Below are positions 9,973-17,362 of a DNA stretch of 64,000 nt, piece after piece. Each line of letters begins with the position of its first letter. The stretch's first letter is position 1. The notes beneath the pieces were generated by a model that was not told the DNA's origin, did not search any database, and was given only the letters and a program-made list of their open reading frames with translations. Origin of the DNA: Phycisphaeraceae bacterium (GTDB lineage Bacteria; Planctomycetota; Phycisphaerae; Phycisphaerales; Phycisphaeraceae); NCBI GenBank assembly GCA_963674705.1, contig OY771506.1:3392001-3456000 (forward strand). Direction: 5' to 3'. Both the position numbers and the translations under genes were made by a program.

Positions 9973-11439
9973 TTATCTGCGTCGCAGACAAGCAAAACCG
10001 GCCAGACCCATGAAGGCAAGTGTTGCCGGTTCCGGGACCGAGGCATCAGCCAAGGGCGGCAGGGGGGCGCCTGCGTTCCAGTTCATCAGGACAACGTCGA
10101 GGTCTGCAAGCCCGACAAAGCCATCACCCGTCGGATCGGCCGCGGGGTCAGCCGGTGGCACGGGCTTGTTCCAGTTGTTCAGCACGATATCCAGGTCGTC
10201 GAGCCCGACGAAGCCGTCACCATTCAGATCACCCTTGAGGAACAGGTCGAGCGCGTCCAGTTCGTCGCCGTAGTTGGTCAGTTCGTTTGTTCCGCTACGC
10301 ACGGTGCCCAGGCCAAGCGCTTCAGCAGCGATGTAGATGCTGGGTGTCCCGGGTCCGCCAGGGATGGGCAGGCTTAGGACATCGCCTTCTTCGATCGGGA
10401 TGCCGTAGAGGCTATCCGGCTGGCCGATGACAGCCGAGCCACGACGCACGGAGAAGAGGATGCGGTCGCTGTCCGGATTGAATTGACCATCACCGTTTTC
10501 TTGGAGGATCAAAGCGTCGAGGTCGTCGGTGTCTTCACCTTCCCTATCTAAACCCAGCAAGGCGGCAGGAGCATATAAGAAGGGTGTCCCACCGACTCGT
10601 GATGCGAGTACATCGGCGCCGGAGAAGCCGTTACCCGGCGCGGTGCCAGCGTTGGGAAGTGGTCCGTCCAGCGGGTCCGGGAATTCCGAATCTAGCGAGA
10701 AGTAGATCAAGCCTTCGAAGTCCGAAGGCAAGGTGTTAATGTCCAAGGCATCGAGGTTGTCCCCTTCGCACTCGAAGCCGCAGCCGAAAGACATAGGCTC
10801 GATCAGGCCAAGGCCACGTATCGGTCCGGCCGGGGAGGGCAGGCCGTTGCCGTCGATGTAGTCCTGATTGCCGGGGCGTAACGCGACCGGAGGCGTTGCT
10901 GTGCGTTCAACCTTCCCGCGATAACGGAACACATCCGCTGCGGCATCCTTAACACCGGTCAGCACGCCCTCGCTAAACACATTCGGCGCTGCGGGCGGCA
11001 GCAGGAAGTCGCCACCGGCCCATTCATCGACGGAGAACATCAATTCGATGCCGTAATCGTGGCCGTAGGACAAGGCGTCAAGTTCAACCGCTTCCTGTGC
11101 GACACCGGGATGGATACCCAGGCCGCCGGGTATGGAGCCCAGTCCGGAGTTGAAAGCTGTAACCATCACGCCGGGAACAGGGAGGACACCGCCCCCAGCA
11201 AACTGCGGTACGTTCGGCCCGATTGGTCCTGGTTTGGATGCAGTGAGGATCGAGCCTTCATCGATTTGGGTGCCCGCCCAGGAATCAGGCGTACCGGTGA
11301 ACGCACCGGGGCCGCCGGCCGTCACGCTCTGCATGTCAATAGAAAACGTCGGACGGACTTGAGCCTGCACGCTTGAAGAAGCGAACAACGCGGATACAAC
11401 ACAGCCAGAGACTAACCCCACGCAAATCATCTGCTTCAT
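9973..11439 (-). CDS. Secreted repeat protein with dockerin-like module and PEP-CTERM
   Basis: GGAGG SD before ATG 11439; signal peptide; four LDAL repeats; GDLNGDGFVGLDDLD duplication; VPEPAT-TM-RRR. Confidence 0.85.
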   Translation of the reverse strand: MKQMICVGLVSGCVVSALFASSSVQAQVRPTFSIDMQSVTAGGPGAFTGTPDSWAGTQIDEGSILTASKPGPIGPNVPQFAGGGVLPVPGVMVTAFNSGLGSIPGGLGIHPGVAQEAVELDALSYGHDYGIELMFSVDEWAGGDFLLPPAAPNVFSEGVLTGVKDAAADVFRYRGKVERTATPPVALRPGNQDYIDGNGLPSPAGPIRGLGLIEPMSFGCGFECEGDNLDALDINTLPSDFEGLIYFSLDSEFPDPLDGPLPNAGTAPGNGFSGADVLASRVGGTPFLYAPAALLGLDREGEDTDDLDALILQENGDGQFNPDSDRILFSVRRGSAVIGQPDSLYGIPIEEGDVLSLPIPGGPGTPSIYIAAEALGLGTVRSGTNELTNYGDELDALDLFLKGDLNGDGFVGLDDLDIVLNNWNKPVPPADPAADPTGDGFVGLADLDVVLMNWNAGAPLPPLADASVPEPATLAFMGLAGFACLRRR

Positions 11440-11748
11440 GGTGTACCTCCACCCCGGCATTGGTTTGAAGTGCGGTGACCGGCATACACCTGAAGTGAAA
11501 CTGCCTACACGGCAGTGATCCCCCACAAGCACCCTGATCACCAGCCTGATCGGATCATGTAATGGCAGTATGGCAAACAACCGGGTGAAATTCAAGCATT
11601 AATAAACTATTTACAGAATGATGACATGCACATGAAGTTAGATTTCTGATTCATTGCGAAGACACATCACTCTTATGTCAAGGGTGTGTTAGTACGTTGA
11701 TTGTCTTCCTGTAGGCCTCGAAGTCTACTTGACTTGGCAGTCAGCCGC

Positions 11749-12930
11749 CTACTCTTTGATCATGTCGCCGTAGTGTTCTTTCAGTTTCTCAACCTTCGGT
11801 ATGGCTACCGCGCGGACGTACGGTTGAGATGGATTATTCTCAACATAGTCCTGGTGATATTTTTCAGCCGGATAGAACGCGTCCAACGGCTCCAGGGTCG
11901 TGGCGATAGGGTTACTGAAACGGCCGCTTTCATTCAAGAGCTTGATGTAGGCTTCGGTCGCGGCTTTCTGCGCTTCGCTGGCGTAGAACACAGACGATCG
12001 GTATTGCGTGCCAACATCGTTGCCTTGGCGGTTGACTTGCGTCGGGTCGTGGGCGATGAAGAAGAACAATTCCATCAGCTTCACGTAGCTGACCTTGGTT
12101 GGGTCGTAAGTGATCTTGATAGCCTCGGCGTGACCGGTGGAGCCGGTGCTGACCTGGTTGTAGTCGGCAGTTTCGGCGCTGCCGCCTGCATAGCCGCTTT
12201 CTACACTGCTAACACCTTCCAGCGGCTGGAAGACCGCTTCGGTACACCAGAAGCATCCGCCTGCAAATACGGCCGTCGCATTGCCGTTCTCATCCGTTTT
12301 AGGCTGATAGGCAAACGGGTCCGCCATTTTGCTGAGTTCTTCGCTGGGCGTGAAGTTCAATGATTCGCTGTTGAGGCAGTGACGTTTGCCGGTGGGCGGT
12401 GGGCCGTCATCGAAAACGTGGCCGAGGTGACCGTCGCAGCGGGCGCAGCGGATTTCGGTGCGCACCATGCCGTAACTTTCATCCTGGTACTCCGCGATGT
12501 TTTCATCGGCGACGGGTGCATAGAAGCTGGGCCAGCCGGTGCCGGATTTGAACTTGGCATCTGAGGAATACAGAGGCAAGCCACAACCGGCGCAGGTGTA
12601 AACACCAGCTTCCTTGTTATCCAGCAGCAGGCCGCAGAAAGGTTGCTCGGTGCCTGCGCGGCGAAGGATTTTGTACTGTTCCGCGGTCAGTTGAGCTTTC
12701 CATGCCTCGTCGGTCTTGACGACCTTCGGAGAGTCGATCGGGCCGACCAGCTCGCCTTCGGCGTTAATCATTTTAACCTTGATGGTCGCGTCTTCTTCGT
12801 AGGGTTGGGCCATTTCGTTACTTCCAGCAAAAGCCAAGCCATTCAACCAGCCGTGACGGATACCTGTCATCAACACATACACAGCCACGGCCAGAACTAC
12901 CAGCATGATAAGGGGGCGTAAGGTGTTCAT
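11749..12930 (-). CDS. msrAB: Bifunctional methionine sulfoxide reductase MsrB-MsrA with N-terminal membrane anchor
   Basis: MsrB: two Cxx[25 protein letters not shown]; Msr[28 protein letters not shown]. Confidence 0.95.
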   Translation of the reverse strand: MNTLRPLIMLVVLAVAVYVLMTGIRHGWLNGLAFAGSNEMAQPYEEDATIKVKMINAEGELVGPIDSPKVVKTDEAWKAQLTAEQYKILRRAGTEQPFCGLLLDNKEAGVYTCAGCGLPLYSSDAKFKSGTGWPSFYAPVADENIAEYQDESYGMVRTEIRCARCDGHLGHVFDDGPPPTGKRHCLNSESLNFTPSEELSKMADPFAYQPKTDENGNATAVFAGGCFWCTEAVFQPLEGVSSVESGYAGGSAETADYNQVSTGSTGHAEAIKITYDPTKVSYVKLMELFFFIAHDPTQVNRQGNDVGTQYRSSVFYASEAQKAATEAYIKLLNESGRFSNPIATTLEPLDAFYPAEKYHQDYVENNPSQPYVRAVAIPKVEKLKEHYGDMIKE

Positions 12931-13028
12931 ATATTAAATAATCGACGAGTAAGGCTGTTTATTCCCGGTCGATTATATGCCCGATATACAAGGTTTTATG
13001 TGCTTTGTAATACGCGACTTCTTCGGCT

Positions 13029-14420
13029 TTACAAATAAAGCACCTGCAGATCCGTCTTGGGGTAGTAATGGGCACAGATTTCATCGACGCTCTTGCCGGT
13101 CAGAGCCATGCCCAGGGCTCCGATCTGGCACAAACCCGCGCCGTGTCCCCAGCCCGCGCCGCGCAACGTGATGGACTTGATTGCACCTGCATTGTCGCGA
13201 TCGATTCTGACACGGAATGCGCTGCTATACAGGAAGCCACGGTGCATGACTTCACGGATAGCGTATTCGGATGTCAGTTCGTGTGATTCGCTGTTACCAG
13301 ATTCGTCCAGCCAATCCAGACGCAGGCGACTGGCTCGGCCGCTTAAGCCACGTGACAGCACAACAATGTCGCACAGTTCTTTAAGCGATGATGCTGCCGG
13401 CAGCTTGTCACGCAGGACGGATTCCAATTCAGAACGGGTGTATTGAACTGTCCAGCGGAAGTAGTCGTCCACTTCATCAACACGGCCGAGGTATTTGCGA
13501 ATGATGTCCAGCGAGACAACGTGCGTGCTGCAATAGGCTTTGGTGTCCTTGAGCCAGTCGCCGTCGAGGTACGCGTCGAGGTTCTCTTCGGTGACGGGCA
13601 TGAATTCGCGTACCGGATCATCAGCGGGCGCATCGACGATGCAGTCGATCCCGGGCTTCGGATCACCCCAGACGTGTTCGGCCAGTTCGGTAACCCCGCC
13701 ACAGCTCTTGTAATAATTGGCATCCAGCACCTTGCCGTCGGGCGCCATCAATACCTGGCCGCGCGTGCCGCTGACCGCATCGATCGCTGCCTGACTCAGG
13801 TCATCTGTCCCTTGGTAGCGTTGGCAGCAGTCGTCGTTGCAACGGTCGAACGGATCGTCATCGTGTTTGGCTTCGGTCATCGCCAGCAGCCAGGAGCGTG
13901 CGACGACGCACTGGGCCTTAAGGAATTCGACCGGGCATGCACCGCTCATCTCGGCGGTAATTACTCCGACCAGGTAATCTTCAAGGGGTAATTCATTGAC
14001 CACGACGATCCCCCCCGGCGCTGCGGTCAGGATGAGCGAGCCGGCGTAAGTCTGGTCAACGTGTTTTTGCCAGTGGAAACCGCGGCCGGCGACGACGCCT
14101 CGCACGGTGATACCAGCACCCGGTTTCATCGGCACTGTCTCAACCGGGTCCAGGCGGATCTGCTTATAGCCGCCGAGTGCCTTGCCAGCCCATTTAATCG
14201 AAACCTCGTCCCCGTGATGATCCACACGCATCGAGACGTTGGACAGGTTTTCGACGACGATGCCGGTTTCACCGCTGATGGTGTACTTAATGTCAGCGGG
14301 TAGTTGGACTTCAACCGGGTCGGCTTTATCTTCCGCTAGCACCACGCCGATTTTCACGACCGGTTCAGCATTCGATTTGGGGGTCCACTGGCGGATACTC
14401 AGGCTTTGAGGCTGGGGCAT
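13029..14420 (-). CDS. SpoIID/LytB domain protein (peptidoglycan lytic transglycosylase family)
   Basis: VNELPLEDYLVGVITAEM, EFLKAQCVVARS, CQRYQG, GAGWGHGAGLCQIGA, HYYP. Confidence 0.9.
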   Translation of the reverse strand: MPQPQSLSIRQWTPKSNAEPVVKIGVVLAEDKADPVEVQLPADIKYTISGETGIVVENLSNVSMRVDHHGDEVSIKWAGKALGGYKQIRLDPVETVPMKPGAGITVRGVVAGRGFHWQKHVDQTYAGSLILTAAPGGIVVVNELPLEDYLVGVITAEMSGACPVEFLKAQCVVARSWLLAMTEAKHDDDPFDRCNDDCCQRYQGTDDLSQAAIDAVSGTRGQVLMAPDGKVLDANYYKSCGGVTELAEHVWGDPKPGIDCIVDAPADDPVREFMPVTEENLDAYLDGDWLKDTKAYCSTHVVSLDIIRKYLGRVDEVDDYFRWTVQYTRSELESVLRDKLPAASSLKELCDIVVLSRGLSGRASRLRLDWLDESGNSESHELTSEYAIREVMHRGFLYSSAFRVRIDRDNAGAIKSITLRGAGWGHGAGLCQIGALGMALTGKSVDEICAHYYPKTDLQVLYL

Positions 14421-14582
14421 TAGATTCTCTTATCTCAGGGGGAATTCACGCATGAGTCACATCACATGCGGCAGAGGGGATTATGGGAAGTGATCCCGGT
14501 GGCTGTCAAACAGGAATATTTGGCAATGATGATGTAAGTGCATATTAGCAAATAAATTGCGCTCAACATTTTCGCCGGGAAG

Positions 14583-14613
14583 TGCTTGAGTCTAAAGATA
14601 TGTGAGGTATACT
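14583..14613 (+). promoter_or_regulatory. Candidate sigma70 promoter of the downstream PEP-CTERM gene
   Basis: TTGAGT-N16-TATACT about 75 nt upstream of GTG 14687. Confidence 0.45.
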
Positions 14614-14686
14614 TGGTGAACGTGTCTTGAATTCGCATGGCCAAGAAGCAAAGGGCGGGGATTGAGTCCCTTCTAAGGAAGATATT

Positions 14687-15505
14687 GTGAATCGAGTAAG
14701 CCGCTACCGTCTGCTCAGTGCATGTGTTTTGAGCATGCTGTCTGTTTCGTTCTTTTGTGGATCAGCACACGGCTTTGTGGTCGATCCCAACAACACGGTC
14801 TCTGGTGTTGTCGCAAACAAACTGATTGCCAATGGTAATGGTGCTGACTGGTTGAGTGCGGCGTTGCTACTCGAACTTGATTCGGGATATGTCTACAACG
14901 ATCCCACCTTGGATTCGCAGCAGCCGCAACAAAATATCTGGGGCATCTTTCCTGATCTGGAGTTCGATTCATGGGTGGGGGTGCCCGGTGACAGCACATC
15001 TTCCATCCTGGGATCGGCAACCGATTTAGGGGATGCGGTCGGGCCGGCGGTGATCGCGAATCAAAAAGTCAGTGTTGCCTGGTACAACACAAGTTCATCG
15101 AATACCGGGCCGACACGTATTGCCAACATATCACTGAGCGATGATGCGCAAGGCACATTTTCCATCCGCGCAAGTTTCTCAGGTCCAGAGCCGGTTGTGT
15201 TGTTTGATACCGGTTGGGTTATAGACGGTGTTGCCTACTTTGACTTGCCCGGTGATGTGGATGGGGATGGGTTTGTTGGCTTAAGCGATCTTGACATCAT
15301 CCTTGCTTCCTGGAACCAGACTGTCCCGCCGGGCAGTTCGCTGGCGGATTTGACGAACGACGATTATGTCGGGTTGGATGATCTTGACATCGTGCTCAAC
15401 CACTGGAATATCGGCACGCCGCCGACGGTTGCGGTGCCCGAGCCGGTGTCTGCTTCGATGCTGGGGTTGGGGGTGGTCTGGATAGCTGGCTGCCGACGCC
15501 GTTAA
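14687..15505 (+). CDS. Secreted protein with dockerin-like module and PEP-CTERM
   Basis: AAGGA SD, signal peptide ending AHG-F; GDVDGDGFVGLSDLD and DLTNDDYVGLDDLD; VPEP-TM-RRR. Confidence 0.87.
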   Translation: MNRVSRYRLLSACVLSMLSVSFFCGSAHGFVVDPNNTVSGVVANKLIANGNGADWLSAALLLELDSGYVYNDPTLDSQQPQQNIWGIFPDLEFDSWVGVPGDSTSSILGSATDLGDAVGPAVIANQKVSVAWYNTSSSNTGPTRIANISLSDDAQGTFSIRASFSGPEPVVLFDTGWVIDGVAYFDLPGDVDGDGFVGLSDLDIILASWNQTVPPGSSLADLTNDDYVGLDDLDIVLNHWNIGTPPTVAVPEPVSASMLGLGVVWIAGCRRR

Positions 15506-15521
15506 GGGCAGGCAAACGCAA

Positions 15522-15594
15522 TGGGAGTGGCAGGATTCGAACCCGCGACCGAGCGATTATGAGTCGCCTGCTCTAACCACTGAGCTACACTCCC
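15522..15594 (-). tRNA. tRNA-Ile2 (CAT anticodon, lysidine-modified type); CCA not encoded
   Basis: Minus strand GGGAGTGTAGCTCAGTGGTTAGAGCAGGCGACTCATAATCGCTCGGTCGCGGGTTCGAATCCTGCCACTCCCA; D and anticodon arms match the E. coli Ile2 pattern (GCAGGCGACTCATAATCGC) rather than Met tRNAs. Confidence 0.92.
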
Positions 15595-15720
15595 GGTCAG
15601 GGGATACAGTATAGCGAACACACAGGGACGTTGGGGGGGTGATGGTTCGGTGATAGAATCAGCACATAGAGATCGCAGGAATCATTTTGTTCCGATACCC
15701 GATACCCGAAAACCACCCGG

Positions 15721-15749
15721 CCCTTCGCTTCGCTCAGAACCGGCGTTGG
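15721..15749. repeat. Dispersed REP-like repeat, copy 1
   Basis: CCCTTCGCTTCGCTCAGAACCGGCGTTGG, 28/29 identical to 35144-35172. Confidence 0.85.
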
Positions 15750-15796
15750 CTCTGACAAGACCCTAAACCCCAGACCTCAGACCCTATACCCCGACC

Positions 15797-16399
15797 ATGA
15801 GCCAGAAAAAGATTATTGAACGCTACTACGAGCACCACGATACGATCCAGAGTGACAAGTTGTCGCAGATCGTTTCGGACCTGTGGTTAGCAGAGGAAGG
15901 CACCAATACCACCAAGCTTTGGGGCAAAGCCCAGATCGCGCTGATGCGGATGGGGGTGGATGCCAACCGCGTCGCCAAGATCGTGGGCAAGCGGGACGTG
16001 GAGGGGTTGGCGGAACTGGTGAAGGAAGTGGATAAAGAGGGGGCTAAGCCGCAAGCCGCTGAACCGGATGTGCCGAAGAAGGCGGCGGGTGCGATCCCGG
16101 TCAATGACAAGCGCACGATCAAGCAGATGCAGGCGGACGTTGCGGCGCGTGACGGGCACGACTCGCTGGACCGAGATAATCTCAAGCGAGCGATGAAGGC
16201 GTTCCGTAAGAAGCTCAAGAGCATGCGACGCGACGATGAATCCAAGTTAGGCAACCGCTACACCACCTACGGCAAACAGTCGCACATCACCGCCATCACC
16301 CCGCCGAACATGTACCCGACAGCGGTGTGGGAGAAATTGGTGGAAGAGGGACGGCTCAAAAAGGGCGGCCAAGGGACGTATGAGCTGCCGGAGCAATAG
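15797..16399 (+). CDS. Hypothetical two-domain protein
   Basis: 200-aa ORF with host-like codon usage; two globular halves joined by a P/A/K-rich linker. Confidence 0.85.
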   Translation: MSQKKIIERYYEHHDTIQSDKLSQIVSDLWLAEEGTNTTKLWGKAQIALMRMGVDANRVAKIVGKRDVEGLAELVKEVDKEGAKPQAAEPDVPKKAAGAIPVNDKRTIKQMQADVAARDGHDSLDRDNLKRAMKAFRKKLKSMRRDDESKLGNRYTTYGKQSHITAITPPNMYPTAVWEKLVEEGRLKKGGQGTYELPEQ

Positions 16400-16412
16400 G
16401 TGTTTGTTCGTT

Positions 16413-17069
16413 CTAAAAAACCATGTAGTGTAGAACGCATATCAACACGAGCAGGCCTGAAAAGATGAAAGAGATGATCAGCGAAATCAGCAGCACCACC
16501 CAGAAGATCGGGTTGATCATCAGGCTGAGTAACGCGAACGAACCGATTGCATCTGATGTGCTGCTGCTTAGCTGGTAGATCTTCCAGAGCACCTTTCCGA
16601 AGAAGATGTATGACTTCCAACGCTTGAATAGCGTGAGTCTGCCTTCATTGAGTTGGCTTAATTCCTGCTTATAACCCGAGACCGATTGGATTGCGTCGTC
16701 GGCTGTATTCAGGATCACGGACGGTATCTCGCCAACCGCGCTGAGGATCCGGTAATACACCCACAGCACACCGATCGGGACGGCCAGGATAATCAGCGGC
16801 AATGGTGTCCACAGCCAGGAGTGGCCTTTGATGACAACAAAGTACCACTGGAACAAAGCGATTGAGGTGATGTTCATCAACGCGACAAGGTAAACAACCA
16901 CCAGGCTGCGTCGTGACGTACCGGCTAAACGCTCGCTATACCTCACGAGCAGGTCGCGTACCTCGGCGATCTGTTTCGTGTCGAGGCAGACGAACTCGGT
17001 AGCCGGCTTGGCCAGATCAGGATTGATCCCTGGAACAGTTCTTGGCTGCGTGGATGTGGTATCTGTCAT
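16413..17069 (-). CDS. Hypothetical membrane protein
   Basis: Three to four hydrophobic segments. Confidence 0.75.
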   Translation of the reverse strand: MTDTTSTQPRTVPGINPDLAKPATEFVCLDTKQIAEVRDLLVRYSERLAGTSRRSLVVVYLVALMNITSIALFQWYFVVIKGHSWLWTPLPLIILAVPIGVLWVYYRILSAVGEIPSVILNTADDAIQSVSGYKQELSQLNEGRLTLFKRWKSYIFFGKVLWKIYQLSSSTSDAIGSFALLSLMINPIFWVVLLISLIISFIFSGLLVLICVLHYMVF

Positions 17070-17072
17070 GGT

Positions 17073-17273
17073 TCACCGGAAGAATGTGTAAAGTGTAATC
17101 CCGTTTATTAAAAGGAAGATGAGCAACACAGGCATACACCCCGATTCTTTGCCTTTTTTCTTTGCATCCCGGTTGTAAGACCAGATCATGGCAACCACGT
17201 AAGCGATTCCGAAGATCACCGTGGAAGAGATGATCGCGAAGTACAGCAGGGGATCGTGAAGCAGGTCTTTCAT
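17073..17273 (-). CDS. Small two-TM membrane protein
   Basis: 66 aa from ATG 17273; two TM segments with a basic loop; ends 3 bp before the next gene. Confidence 0.65.
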   Translation of the reverse strand: MKDLLHDPLLYFAIISSTVIFGIAYVVAMIWSYNRDAKKKGKESGCMPVLLIFLLINGITLYTFFR

Positions 17274-17305
17274 GGGGGTAATGTAGTGTGAATGTGGGTA
17301 CAAGC

Positions 17306-17337
17306 AAGAAACCCACGTTCGACGAACGTGGGCTTCG
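17306..17337 (-). terminator. Intrinsic terminator of topA
   Basis: CCCACGTTC/GAACGTGGG 9-bp stem followed by TTTCTT on the minus strand. Confidence 0.7.
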
Positions 17338-17362
17338 GGTAGATTGATGATTGTGACCTGTT

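Noticed and set aside
5067..11527. Shared TTGTGGGGGA in the leaders of two PEP-CTERM genes
   Set aside because: Only 10 bp in two places and not seen in the other PEP-CTERM leaders; could be chance
15522..15594. tRNA as an integration site for an island
   Set aside because: No duplicate of the tRNA 3' end and no integrase seen in the window
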